Assembly: GCA_017997825.1 (NCBI GenBank)
Contig: JAGOEH010000001.1
Coordinates: 1-56,464, forward strand
Reading direction: 5' to 3'
From: Candidatus Delongbacteria bacterium
GTDB taxonomy: Bacteria > JAGOEH01
DNA length: 56,464 bases
The notes beneath the pieces were generated by a model that was not told the origin of the DNA, searched no databases, and saw only the letters and a program-made list of their open reading frames with translations. Below are positions 1 through 9,651 of this stretch, one piece after another. The first letter of the stretch is position 1. Every line of letters starts with the position of its first letter. A program made the translations under genes and the position numbers.

Positions 1-1602
1 GTTTCGGATATCTGGGTACGTTCTTACGATTACGGTTATGCTGCAGGCGAATACTCCACCCCTCATTCCTATTTTACCTACGGACAGGACTGGAGCGGCC
101 CGATCGTCGGTCCATACCTGATCTCCTGGGGCTCCGGCAGCTATTACGGGGATGCCCTGATGAAGATCGTGTTCGAATACCCGAACGGAACACCGCCTCA
201 GGTACTCGGCATGACCCGTCCCAACAACACCTATGACCTGGCCGGAAACAAAAGTGTAACGGCTACCATCGCTGATGCCGATGGAACTATTGCTTCCGCC
301 AACCTGATGTATGCGGTTAGCGCCGGTGCCGCCACCTATCAGAGTGTGGCTATGACTTATAACGACACCAAGGGGACCTGGACCGGAACGATCAGCGGTT
401 CTTTCGCGGCCGGTGATACGGTTTACTATTATGTCGAAGCCACCGATAACGACGGTAAAGCCCGTAATAACCAGAGTGGTAAGCAGTATTTCCGCATCAT
501 GGCTCCCGAAAATGCCCAGGCCCAGATCCTGGTTGTCCTGGAAAGCGAAGATGACCAGGCCGTGTATGAGACGATTCTGGCTAAACTGGGTAAACAGTAT
601 GAACTCTGGGTTGTGCCGGACAATAATGGAATCGACGCCACCATCATCGCTCATCCTCAGTGGAAAACCATTCTGTGGAACGCTCACGGCTCAGCGTACA
701 TGTTCTATCCGCAGTACACCAAAGACGTACTGGCGAATTACAAGCCTATCTGGAAGCAGATCTTTACCTTTCTGGATAACGGCGGGAGTCTCTTCTATTC
801 CGACTACGATTATTTCTATACCTGCGCCAGTGGAACAGATTCGACCATGGATCTGGCCGGAACATCAGTCGGCGTGAGTATTGGCAAAGTCGGGGAAACC
901 CATGCCGGTTACAGCTACTTTGGGGTCCAAACGTTCTGGAGCGATCCGTGTCTTGTCACGGATGCTTATTATCCCAAGGGCGAAAAAGACTTTGCCGGCG
1001 TTGCTTCCGATCCGATCACCAATGACTGGGCGAGCACTGATCTGACGGCGGTCGATCGTACCGATCACTGGGGTGATTATGTCGAAGTCGCTCCCAACTC
1101 CAAAAAGATTCTGACCGGTAAGGCCTACGGCTACGACGTTGGTACCCGTACCTCCAACGGTACCTGGGCCACTGTCTTCCTGCCCTGGAATTTTTCGATT
1201 TTGGCCGATACCACCGGCGGTGCCAATACCTCGCCGGATGCCGAAAAACTTATGAAAAACATCCTGGATTACCTGGATGCCAAAACCAGCGGTATCGACG
1301 ATGATCCCTTCTATACCAATCCGATGCGAACGGAGCTGTTCAGCAACTATCCCAACCCGTTCAACCCGACTACTGAACTCTCCTTCAGCCTGGCCCAGGC
1401 CGGAACGGTTCAGCTCGAAATCTACGATATCGTCGGCCAGAAGGTCAAAACCCTGGTCAACGACTACAAATCGGTCGGAACCTATCGTCTAAGCTGGAAC
1501 GGTTTGGATGATTCCGGGAATAAAGTGTCGTCCGGCGTCTATTTCTATCGCCTCAAAACCGCCGATTACACTAAAACCCAGAAAATGATGTTCCTGAAAT
1601 AA
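1..1602 (+). CDS. secreted protein with T9SS-type C-terminal sorting domain; 5' end lies outside the window
   Basis: The frame of ORF 160..1602 has no stop in 1..159, so the gene starts upstream of the window. The last ~85 aa (NYPNPFNPTTELSFSL...GVYFYRLKTADYTKTQKMMFLK) follow the YPNPF...G.Y.Y.L pattern of Por/T9SS (FlgD-Ig-like) CTDs. A strong terminator follows. Confidence 0.6.
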   Translation, partial: VSDIWVRSYDYGYAAGEYSTPHSYFTYGQDWSGPIVGPYLISWGSGSYYGDALMKIVFEYPNGTPPQVLGMTRPNNTYDLAGNKSVTATIADADGTIASANLMYAVSAGAATYQSVAMTYNDTKGTWTGTISGSFAAGDTVYYYVEATDNDGKARNNQSGKQYFRIMAPENAQAQILVVLESEDDQAVYETILAKLGKQYELWVVPDNNGIDATIIAHPQWKTILWNAHGSAYMFYPQYTKDVLANYKPIWKQIFTFLDNGGSLFYSDYDYFYTCASGTDSTMDLAGTSVGVSIGKVGETHAGYSYFGVQTFWSDPCLVTDAYYPKGEKDFAGVASDPITNDWASTDLTAVDRTDHWGDYVEVAPNSKKILTGKAYGYDVGTRTSNGTWATVFLPWNFSILADTTGGANTSPDAEKLMKNILDYLDAKTSGIDDDPFYTNPMRTELFSNYPNPFNPTTELSFSLAQAGTVQLEIYDIVGQKVKTLVNDYKSVGTYRLSWNGLDDSGNKVSSGVYFYRLKTADYTKTQKMMFLK

Positions 1603-1625
1603 TTCAGTTTCATTGATCAACCCCA

Positions 1626-1658
1626 GGGGGTATTCCAGCCGGAATACCCCCTTTTTTT
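1626..1658 (+). terminator. rho-independent terminator
   Basis: Perfect 11-bp stem GGGGGTATTCC / GGAATACCCCC with loop AGCC, followed by T7. Confidence 0.8.
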
Positions 1659-1687
1659 ATTGTAGCGGGAATCGAATCTCTTATCTG

Positions 1688-1716
1688 TTGACAAACATGG
1701 GTGTCTAAATTATATT
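1688..1716 (+). promoter_or_regulatory. sigma70-type promoter upstream of manC
   Basis: TTGACA (1688-1693), 17-nt spacer, TATATT (1711-1716). Confidence 0.5.
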
Positions 1717-1843
1717 GGATTAAGCTTCAATCGTATGGAATAATCAGGTCTCGACATTCCGGTTCGCTATTCGCTATACCAATGATTGGGCATCATGGAC
1801 CGGATGGAGACCATCATGCTGATGATGAATAAAGGAATGAACC

Positions 1844-2893
1844 ATGGACTATGCCGTAATTTTAGCTGGAGGTAAGGGGGAACGGTTGTGGCCGCTGAGT
1901 CGACGAGAGCAGCCCAAACAACTGGTCCGGGTTTTCAGCCGTCTGACCATGCTGGAAGAAACCTTAAAACGGTTGGAAGGCCTGATACCGATCGAACAAA
2001 CGGTGATTGTGTGTAATGGATTTCTGGCCGAAAAAATAAAACGATCCATACCCGCTTTGGATCACCGGAATTTTGTCGTAGAACCCCAGGGCCGCAATTC
2101 CGCCCCGGCCCTCTATCTGGCGGCGGCCTGCCTCGAAAAACGGGATCCGGATTCCTCGATGGTGGTCCTCACCTCGGATCATTACATAACCCCGCCGGAC
2201 CTGTTCCAGCAAACCATCAATCAAGCCCTCCGGCTTGCCCGGGATAAACAGGCTTTGGTAACCCTCGGCATTCCGCCGCGCTATCCTGAAACCGGCTACG
2301 GCTATATTATCACCCATCCGGATGGGCGGGTGGAACGATTTGCCGAAAAGCCCGATCACGATACGGCGGTTGCCTATATCCGCCAGGGGAATACCTACTG
2401 GAACAGCGGGATGTTCATCTGGGAGACCCGCCGCTTGATCCAGGCTCTTGAAACTTATCAGCCGGCCGATTATCGGATCTGGAAGGATTTGATGGAACTG
2501 CCCGAAGCCGATCTGATGGCCGGGCATACCCAATCGGTTTTCAGCCGTTTCACTGCCACCTCCATCGATTATGCCGTCATGGAAAAGGCCGACAATGTAT
2601 GGTGCATCCCCGCCGCCTTCGAGTGGAATGACGTCGGTTCATGGCTTTCCCTTCAGACTATCGCCGCCATGGATGCCGATCATAATATCATCTCCGAATT
2701 AATGGCGACTATCGACAGTCATGACAATATCTTCTATTCCCCGGATCATCTGATCGCCGCCATTGGCATCCATGACCTGGTTGTTGTTTCGATCGGACAA
2801 ATCACGCTGGTCTGCCCCAAGGATCGGGCCCAGGATGTCAAGAAAATACTGGCGATGATGGCCGCTAACCCTAAACTGGAAGAGCATTTGTGA
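1844..2893 (+). CDS. manC: mannose-1-phosphate guanylyltransferase (nucleotidyltransferase domain only)
   Basis: N-terminal AVILAGGKGERLWPLSR sugar-nucleotidyltransferase loop, and FEWNDVGSW typical of ManC/CpsB. At 349 aa there is no C-terminal isomerase domain. Confidence 0.75.
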   Translation: MDYAVILAGGKGERLWPLSRREQPKQLVRVFSRLTMLEETLKRLEGLIPIEQTVIVCNGFLAEKIKRSIPALDHRNFVVEPQGRNSAPALYLAAACLEKRDPDSSMVVLTSDHYITPPDLFQQTINQALRLARDKQALVTLGIPPRYPETGYGYIITHPDGRVERFAEKPDHDTAVAYIRQGNTYWNSGMFIWETRRLIQALETYQPADYRIWKDLMELPEADLMAGHTQSVFSRFTATSIDYAVMEKADNVWCIPAAFEWNDVGSWLSLQTIAAMDADHNIISELMATIDSHDNIFYSPDHLIAAIGIHDLVVVSIGQITLVCPKDRAQDVKKILAMMAANPKLEEHL

Positions 2894-4782
2894 TTAAACG
2901 GCACCTGATTTATAACCTGATCCTGTGGATGGGACTGATTTCCATTACGTGGGCCCAGCCCTCATCCGAGATGCGTAAGGTATGGCTCTTTTTAACCGAT
3001 AAAGGGCCACATCGATTGGAGCGTCTGGAGCGTTCCGCTCAAGCTCTGCCTGAATGCCGGCGGCAATGGCGGAGTCGTTTTATGAGGGGATCCCTGGTAG
3101 ATTCGCTCGATCTGCCGGTTGATTCCCTTTACCTGGAGGAAATCCGAAACCGTGTCATCCAAATCCGTTATGCCAGCAAACTGCTCAATGCGGTCAGCGT
3201 GGTGGCTACCCCGCAAAACCTGGATTCATTATCTAAACTTCCCTTTGTACGCGAAATTGTTCCCCTGGCCATGCGTTCATCCCGACCCCTTCCCCAACCC
3301 TTGCCCCGGGAATTGATGAAAGACTCGGATATCGATTATCTGGAACAGATTCGGCAGATCCGCGTCGATCTGTTACATCAAGAGGGATATCATGGAGAGG
3401 GAATCCGGATCGGAATTTTGGATACCGGGTTCGATCTGGATCATGAGGCCTTTAAAACGATGAAAGTCATTTATAAATATGATGTGATCAATAACGATAC
3501 CATCGTCAGGAACGAAACCGGGCAGGACGGCAATGGACAGGATCGGCATGGGACCAATTGTCTGTCCATCCTGGGCGGGAATCTGGATGGTATGTTTTTG
3601 GGTCCGGCCTGGGGGGCTGAATTCATATTGGTCAAAACCGAAATGGATATCGATGAGGATCCGATCGAGGAGGACTATTATGTGCAGGGGCTCGAAATCT
3701 GTGCTGATTCGGGGGCGGCGGTCATCTCGACCTCTCTGGGATACAATGACTGGTATGATTATGAGGATTTTGACGGTAAGAGCACAGTAACCGCCAAAGC
3801 GGTCAATTTACTGGCCGAAACCCGGGATATCCTGGTAGTGGTGGCGGTCGGGAATGAGGGTAATAAAACCCCGCACAGCCTGATCACACCCAGCGACGCT
3901 TTTGGGGCGCTGGCGGTCGGAGCCGTTAAGGCCGACGGTCAAATCGCCGACTTCAGTTCGAGCGGCCCCACCTACGATGGACGTATCAAACCCGATATCC
4001 TGGCCCGCGGATATATGACCTATCACGTATACCCGCAATCATCCAACCTGATCACCCAGGGTAATGGTACCAGTTATGCCACTCCTCTGGTGGCCGGAGC
4101 CTGCGCCCTGATCCGCCAAAAAAATCCCGATTGGATGGTCTCCTATCTGATCGATCGTGTCCGGGCTTCAGGCAGTCTGGCTAACCAGCCCAGTAATACC
4201 TTGGGATATGGTTTGCTGGATGCCTACCAGGCTTCCAGCCAAACCCGGAACGTTAAAGGATATGTCATCAACACCGATTCGATGAAACTGGAAAATGTAT
4301 CCATCATCCTCACCTCAGAAGGACGATCCGATACCACCATCACCAACGCCGTGGGATTCTTCAGCTTTTCCGCTTCCCTTCAAATCGGTCAGCTCCTGGC
4401 CGTTGCCTGTCCCGGCTATACCCCCCTATCTCGATCGATTACCGATGCCGATTTTACGAAGGATTTTTTGACTATTACCCTATCCCCTCATGACCGGCAC
4501 AATCCCATCTGCTATCCGAATCCGGCTTCCGGCTTCTTTACCGTCCAATTCTATCAGCCCGTTTCAGATTATCACCTGCGGCTGTTCGATGTGGCCGGCG
4601 AATGCCTGCTGGATCATCACCTGCAAAATTGGGAAAAGAATCCGGTTTTCACCTATGCGGTTCCCGGATCGGTTCCAACCGCTGAAAATGTGTTTTCCAT
4701 CCGTCCATTAACCCCCGGTCTCTATATTCTATCAATCCTGGCGGATCACCGGCACACCCGACAAAAGCTGATGATCAAATAA
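2890..4782 (+). CDS. subtilisin-like serine protease (peptidase S8) with T9SS C-terminal sorting domain
   Basis: Catalytic triad motifs GILDTGFD (Asp), HGTNCLSILGG (His) and GTSYATPLVAGACALI (Ser). N-terminal signal peptide. C-terminal CYPNPASGFFTVQF... CTD. The GTG start overlaps the manC stop (GTGA). Confidence 0.85.
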   Translation: MIKRHLIYNLILWMGLISITWAQPSSEMRKVWLFLTDKGPHRLERLERSAQALPECRRQWRSRFMRGSLVDSLDLPVDSLYLEEIRNRVIQIRYASKLLNAVSVVATPQNLDSLSKLPFVREIVPLAMRSSRPLPQPLPRELMKDSDIDYLEQIRQIRVDLLHQEGYHGEGIRIGILDTGFDLDHEAFKTMKVIYKYDVINNDTIVRNETGQDGNGQDRHGTNCLSILGGNLDGMFLGPAWGAEFILVKTEMDIDEDPIEEDYYVQGLEICADSGAAVISTSLGYNDWYDYEDFDGKSTVTAKAVNLLAETRDILVVVAVGNEGNKTPHSLITPSDAFGALAVGAVKADGQIADFSSSGPTYDGRIKPDILARGYMTYHVYPQSSNLITQGNGTSYATPLVAGACALIRQKNPDWMVSYLIDRVRASGSLANQPSNTLGYGLLDAYQASSQTRNVKGYVINTDSMKLENVSIILTSEGRSDTTITNAVGFFSFSASLQIGQLLAVACPGYTPLSRSITDADFTKDFLTITLSPHDRHNPICYPNPASGFFTVQFYQPVSDYHLRLFDVAGECLLDHHLQNWEKNPVFTYAVPGSVPTAENVFSIRPLTPGLYILSILADHRHTRQKLMIK

Positions 4783-4970
4783 AGCCTGTATTTGTCCCAT
4801 ATATAAGACAATCGTGGCAGAAATGAGACATCCGATGGGTGAGGAGTGCGGGTAAAAGATGGTTCAATGGAGTAAAAACGAGCGATACGCTTTCCAAACG
4901 AAGGCGTTAGATTAATTGGGTATGGTAAATGCATCCATGGATGAGTGAGACGCTAACAAAGGAGACGAGG

Positions 4971-5894
4971 ATGAAATCCATATATCTTTTATGCTTGACA
5001 CTGCTGATGGTTCAGTGTTATACCCTGCTGAAGGATCCCAATCAGCCGATCACCGACTGGGATGCCGATCCGGATGGAACGGAAACGACGGTTGATGCTC
5101 AGACATACTATGATCCGTATTCCATGGTCGACAACAGTTGGAGTATGACCTATTACTCCTCCTATGATCCCTGGTTCGATCAATACCGCTGGTCGGTTTT
5201 GTACGATCCGTATTATTATTCGTCGTTTCATTCCTGGTATTATCCGGTCTATTATCCGACCTATTACTATTATCATCACCATGACCAAGGTCATGATCGG
5301 AGTCCGGTAGCTTATCAGGCAAAAGCTTATAAGTCGAGTCCGTTGGTCTTTCAGAAAAGTAAAACCTCCCAAGAGAAGCCGGTGACTCAACTCTTTAATC
5401 CGCAATTGATTGCGAGGCCAAAGCCGGGATCTCCATCACCGAGTCAGGATGGCGGATGGATTTCAACCGATAATACGGGCTCATCGGGATCGGCCTCCTC
5501 CAATTCGTCAAGCGGAGCCCCTCTGCTTCGCGCCAAGAGCAGTTCGGATCAAACATCGGAAGGGTCATCCACTAAGGACAATTCTGCTCCGACCGGTCAT
5601 TCCAAGAGCGGCTTTAACGGAAGCTTCTTCGGAGGGTATAGCCAACCCAGCTCTCCATCGATCCATTCCAACAGTGGAAGTAATCCGACATCCCAGCCCA
5701 AGAGCTCCTCTGCCGGTTCTTCCGGGAGTTCACCATCGATCGGGCGACCCGATAAAGCTTCTTCCCCTTCGATAACCCCATCCGTCAAATCGGCTGCACC
5801 GGCCTCAACCTCGTCTCAATCGAGTCAGTCGTCGACTTCACCCTCCTCTAAAGCAGCCCCAAGCGTCAAAGCCAAGGAAAAAAAGGAGAAATAA
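4971..5894 (+). CDS. hypothetical lipoprotein with a Tyr/His-rich block and a long Ser/Pro-rich low-complexity tail
   Basis: ATG at 4971 is preceded by GGAG (4961-4964). Signal sequence MKSIYLLCLTLLMVQC. The block YDPYYYSSFHSWYYPVYYPTYYYYHHHDQGHD is followed by ~200 aa dominated by S, P, G and K. I recognise no family. Confidence 0.6.
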   Translation: MKSIYLLCLTLLMVQCYTLLKDPNQPITDWDADPDGTETTVDAQTYYDPYSMVDNSWSMTYYSSYDPWFDQYRWSVLYDPYYYSSFHSWYYPVYYPTYYYYHHHDQGHDRSPVAYQAKAYKSSPLVFQKSKTSQEKPVTQLFNPQLIARPKPGSPSPSQDGGWISTDNTGSSGSASSNSSSGAPLLRAKSSSDQTSEGSSTKDNSAPTGHSKSGFNGSFFGGYSQPSSPSIHSNSGSNPTSQPKSSSAGSSGSSPSIGRPDKASSPSITPSVKSAAPASTSSQSSQSSTSPSSKAAPSVKAKEKKEK

Positions 5895-5895
5895 T

Positions 5896-7260
5896 ATGTT
5901 CAAGCGGATTTTTGTGGTATGGATACTGATGATGGTGCCGATTGTAGCGGATGATCCGATCCTGTTCGATGTCAATTATCCCTGGATGACGGATATCCGC
6001 GAGTATCTGGCTTGGAACGATTCATGGGGCAGCGCCCGCGCCGTTGGAATGTCCGGGGCCGTTTCCGCTTTGTCCGAAAACGTGGAGGGAGCCATTCTGA
6101 ATCCGGCCGCATTAGGATTAATGAAACACACCAGCCTGGACTTTTCGTTGAATTACCGTAAGAATCAGTCGGATTTCAATTACAACGGAACCGATAACTC
6201 CAATTCCATCAATCGGTTCAGCTTCTCATCCCTGGGAATGATCTATATCTATCCGGTGTATCGCGGGAGTGTGGTGATGTCGTTCGGGTATCAGAAACTC
6301 AAAGATTTTACCCAATCCCAGAGTTTTTCCGGATATACCTCCGGTGTTCAGCGCAGCCAGCCCAATCTGTACGAAGAAAACTCGGAAGATAAACGCGGCT
6401 ATCTCGGCAGCCTCTATTTTTCCACCGCTGTCCAGGTCACCCCCAATGTCTATCTGGGCGGTACCCTCAACTTTCTGAGCGGTGAATACAACTATAATTT
6501 TGATATTGAACGCCAGGATCCCCAGAATGTCTATGGATTGATGAATTACATCCGCAAATTCGATACCCAGGATGATCTGTCCGGTTTCAACTTCGTATTG
6601 GGCGGCTTATATACTATGAATGACAAATGGCGCTTTTCGATGGCATTCACCTCTCCCAGTTGGATCAAGGTGGATGAGGAAATCCGGCAATACCTGTTTG
6701 CGGAAGATCTTCAAAATTATTACGGTTGGTATGATAATAACGGAAATATCGTCTGGTTCGAATCGGAATACGATTACCGGATTCAGCTCCCGATGAAAGT
6801 CAACTTCGGAATCGGATATAAGGATAATAATCTGGCCGTCGGTCTGGATCTGAATTTCTCCGATTACACACAGTTGGACTATAACCGTGATCCCTTTGAG
6901 GGATTCAACCATACCCGGCGGATCAGCAAGATTTATCAGTCCAGTTGGGGTATGGCGTTGGGCGCTGAGTACTTTTTTCCTGAATCGATCATGTTTGTGC
7001 TGGGGGGGGTGCAATACCAGACCATTCCCTATAAATACGGCCGCGAAGCTTATATCAACGCCACCAACGATCTTGAAATCGCATCGGCTAAGGGAAATGA
7101 CGATAAACTGGGATTTTCCGCCGGGTTCGGGGTCGTGCTGGACAAGAGCCTGCGCTGGAATCTGGTCTACCAGCACGAAACCTACCAGGTCGGTGAAAAT
7201 CTACTGACTGAAAAGTATACCTTTAACCAGTTCGTCACCGGGATTACATTCAGATTTTAA
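5896..7260 (+). CDS. outer-membrane beta-barrel protein, FadL/PorV-like
   Basis: Signal peptide. ARAVGMSGAVSALSENVEGAILNPAALGL resembles the N-terminal hallmark of the FadL/OMPP1/PorV (UPF0164) family. Alternating beta-strand pattern, and a C-terminal GITFRF with terminal Phe. The start lies 1 nt after the upstream stop, with AAGGAG inside the upstream gene. Confidence 0.55.
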   Translation: MFKRIFVVWILMMVPIVADDPILFDVNYPWMTDIREYLAWNDSWGSARAVGMSGAVSALSENVEGAILNPAALGLMKHTSLDFSLNYRKNQSDFNYNGTDNSNSINRFSFSSLGMIYIYPVYRGSVVMSFGYQKLKDFTQSQSFSGYTSGVQRSQPNLYEENSEDKRGYLGSLYFSTAVQVTPNVYLGGTLNFLSGEYNYNFDIERQDPQNVYGLMNYIRKFDTQDDLSGFNFVLGGLYTMNDKWRFSMAFTSPSWIKVDEEIRQYLFAEDLQNYYGWYDNNGNIVWFESEYDYRIQLPMKVNFGIGYKDNNLAVGLDLNFSDYTQLDYNRDPFEGFNHTRRISKIYQSSWGMALGAEYFFPESIMFVLGGVQYQTIPYKYGREAYINATNDLEIASAKGNDDKLGFSAGFGVVLDKSLRWNLVYQHETYQVGENLLTEKYTFNQFVTGITFRF

Positions 7261-7311
7261 GAATTGAGATTTTCCGATCTTTCCGGTAAGTCAAACGCTC
7301 AAAGAAATCAA

Positions 7312-7341
7312 AGGGTGTTCATTCGATGAACACCCTTTTTT
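7312..7341 (+). terminator. rho-independent terminator
   Basis: 9-bp stem AGGGTGTTC / GAACACCCT with loop ATTCGAT, followed by T6. Confidence 0.8.
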
Positions 7342-7346
7342 AATTT

Positions 7347-7366
7347 GTGCGCCCGGCAGGGCGCAC
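7347..7366. repeat. GC-rich palindromic (REP-like) hairpin, copy 1
   Basis: GTGCGCCC-GGCA-GGGCGCAC lies immediately after the terminator T-run. A near-identical element sits at 41307-41325 on the opposite strand, also directly after a terminator. Confidence 0.4.
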
Positions 7367-7564
7367 CTTGGCTTAAGTTTGATGGATAGAGGAATGGTGG
7401 ATTTTCAATCTGTAAGGGATCGCTACTGGTCGAAAGCAAGACGGTGCTGGTGGGGTGGCAAATAGTTAATGATGGTTTTCTGTGTGGGTGATTGTCATAA
7501 GGCATTACGGAATAGATTATCAAACGGAGTGATATAATGGGGAGGGGGTAGTTTTAAAGATTAT

Positions 7565-7599
7565 AAAAAAAGCCGGAACAGAGAGTGTCTGTTCCGGCT
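7565..7599 (-). terminator. rho-independent terminator of the OPT transporter gene
   Basis: 11-bp stem AGCCGGAACAG / CTGTTCCGGCT. On the minus strand it is followed by a T6-7 run (A-run 7565-7570 on plus). Confidence 0.8.
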
Positions 7600-7620
7600 G
7601 AAAAAAAGAGGGATGGGAAA

Positions 7621-9651
7621 TCAATCGGATTTTTTGGCCGCGGTGTAGGTATAGACGGCCAGCAGGATAATGGCGATGAAACCGAGCTGTTCGGCCGGAG
7701 CGGATTCGGCCCAATGCGCGGTCCCAATGGCCTGGCTCAGCGACCACTGGCTGCCGGCCAGTTGCTTTCCGATAAAGAGGATCAGAGCGGCAACCACCCC
7801 CATGATGGCTCCGCCGGCAATATATCCGGAAGCGATCAGGGTGCCTTTTTCTTTGCGGCGGTTGGCCTCGGCTTCATCTTTGGTGCTGAGGCCGACCAAG
7901 TGAGAAATGAAACCGCCCAGCAGAATCGGGGTGTTCAGATAGAGCGGCAGGTACATGCCCAGGGCGAATGCCAGCGGGGGAACACCCAGTAATTCAAGGA
8001 TAACCGCCAGGAAAGCTCCGGCGAAGTAAAGCAGCCATGGAGCAGCCTGGCCGGTCATCAGGGGCTGGATCACGGCCGCCATAGCAGAAGCCTGCGGGGC
8101 TTCCAATCCTCCAGGTCCGAATCCGTATGTCTTATACAACATCAAAATGACCAGTCCGACCGAAAGGGATGAAACCAGTGTTCCCAAAAATTTATAGCGC
8201 TCCTGAGTCCGCGGGGTGGATCCCAGCCAGTATCCGATTTTCAGGTCGGTGATGAACCCCCCGGCCATCGATAAGGAGGTGCAAACCACTCCTCCGATCA
8301 ACAGGGCTGCCAGTATACCGGCCTGTCCCTGCAGCCCGACACCCACCAGGATAACCGAAGAAAGGATCAGAGTCATCAGGGTCATTCCGGATACCGGGTT
8401 GGTTCCGACAATGGCAATGGCACGGGCTGCTACCGTGGTGAACAGAAACGATATCAGTACCACAATCAATAACCCGGTCAGGGCGAACAGAATATTCTGT
8501 TCCACCACCAGGAAAAAGAAAAACAGAAACAGACCCAGAAAGGTCATAATCAAGAGCAATACGTTCCATTTCATGGAGATATCGCTTTCGGTCCTTGGGA
8601 TCCGGCGTCCGGATTGGCTGGCGGAGGATTTGGAACCGAAGATTTCTTCAAAGGCCAATTTGAAGGCACCGGCAATGATTTTGCTGGATTTGAGCACGCC
8701 GATGATCCCGGCGGCGGCAATTCCACCGATTCCGATATGGCGGACATAGCCGGTAAAAATTTGCTGGGGAGTCATCTGCGGTATTGATATCAGACCGGTA
8801 AGCGCTTCGGGTGCCATTCCCGCCGTCGGGACCGATCCGGCGACAATCGATCCGATATAGTTGACGGCCGGAATGAAAACCCACCAGGCGGTAAAAGAAC
8901 CACAGGCGATGATCAGCGAGTATTTGAGGCCGACAATGTAACCCAGGCCGGTAACGGCCGCTCCGATATTCATGTTGAATTCCCATTTCACCGAATCGGC
9001 CAGGGCTTTTCCCCATCCAAAAACACGGGTGGAAATCACTTCCTTCCACAAACCGAGCCCGGCGACGCAAAAATCATATAAACCGCCGACCAGAGCCGCC
9101 CCAATCAGAGTGCCGGCCTGCTTCCCTCCGCTTTCCCCGGCCACCAGTACCTCGGTCGTGGCCGTCGCTTCAGGAAACGGGAACTGACCATGCATATCCT
9201 TGACAAAATACTTGCGGAACGGGATCAGAAAAAGAATTCCAAGAAATCCCCCGAACAACGAGGCTAAAAAAATCTGAATGAACCCGGCATTGATGTTCAG
9301 GATATACAGCCCGGGAATGGTAAAGATGGCTCCGGCAACAATCAGACCGGAATTGGAGCCGATCGACTGGATAATGACGTTCTGAAGCAGCATATTTTTC
9401 CGCTTTAACATGCTGGATAAGCCGATCGCCAGAATGGCTATCGGTATGGCTGCCTCGAACACCTGGCCGATTTTCAATCCCAGGTATGCCGCCGCCGCGG
9501 AAAAAATAACGGCGTAAACCAAACCCCAAACCAACGAATAGGCGGTCAATTCCGGGATCACCTTGCCGGCCGGAATGACCGGCTGATAAATCTCACCCTC
9601 CGATAACTGACGATAAGCATTTTCCGGTAATCCAATTCGTTCCGATTCCAT
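7621..9651 (-). CDS. OPT-family oligopeptide transporter
   Basis: About 16 hydrophobic segments, plus QFPFPEATATTEVLVAG and YVRHIGIGGIAAAG, which are typical of bacterial OPT proteins. I place the start at ATG 9651 (MESERIG...) because GGAG lies 5 nt upstream. The ORF-track start at 9765 adds a non-hydrophobic extension that runs through a palindrome. Confidence 0.8.
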   Translation of the reverse strand: MESERIGLPENAYRQLSEGEIYQPVIPAGKVIPELTAYSLVWGLVYAVIFSAAAAYLGLKIGQVFEAAIPIAILAIGLSSMLKRKNMLLQNVIIQSIGSNSGLIVAGAIFTIPGLYILNINAGFIQIFLASLFGGFLGILFLIPFRKYFVKDMHGQFPFPEATATTEVLVAGESGGKQAGTLIGAALVGGLYDFCVAGLGLWKEVISTRVFGWGKALADSVKWEFNMNIGAAVTGLGYIVGLKYSLIIACGSFTAWWVFIPAVNYIGSIVAGSVPTAGMAPEALTGLISIPQMTPQQIFTGYVRHIGIGGIAAAGIIGVLKSSKIIAGAFKLAFEEIFGSKSSASQSGRRIPRTESDISMKWNVLLLIMTFLGLFLFFFFLVVEQNILFALTGLLIVVLISFLFTTVAARAIAIVGTNPVSGMTLMTLILSSVILVGVGLQGQAGILAALLIGGVVCTSLSMAGGFITDLKIGYWLGSTPRTQERYKFLGTLVSSLSVGLVILMLYKTYGFGPGGLEAPQASAMAAVIQPLMTGQAAPWLLYFAGAFLAVILELLGVPPLAFALGMYLPLYLNTPILLGGFISHLVGLSTKDEAEANRRKEKGTLIASGYIAGGAIMGVVAALILFIGKQLAGSQWSLSQAIGTAHWAESAPAEQLGFIAIILLAVYTYTAAKKSD

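Noticed and set aside
1782-1832. 16-codon His/Asp-rich upstream ORF (MIGHHGPDGDHHADDE) in the manC leader, ending 11 nt before the manC ATG.
   Set aside because: It has no Shine-Dalgarno sequence before its ATG and no supporting structure. It is too speculative to report as a leader peptide.
7308-7747. Small ORFs (71-75 aa) in and around the convergent intergenic region 7261-7620.
   Set aside because: They run through terminator hairpins or overlap the OPT gene end. They have odd composition and no RBS.
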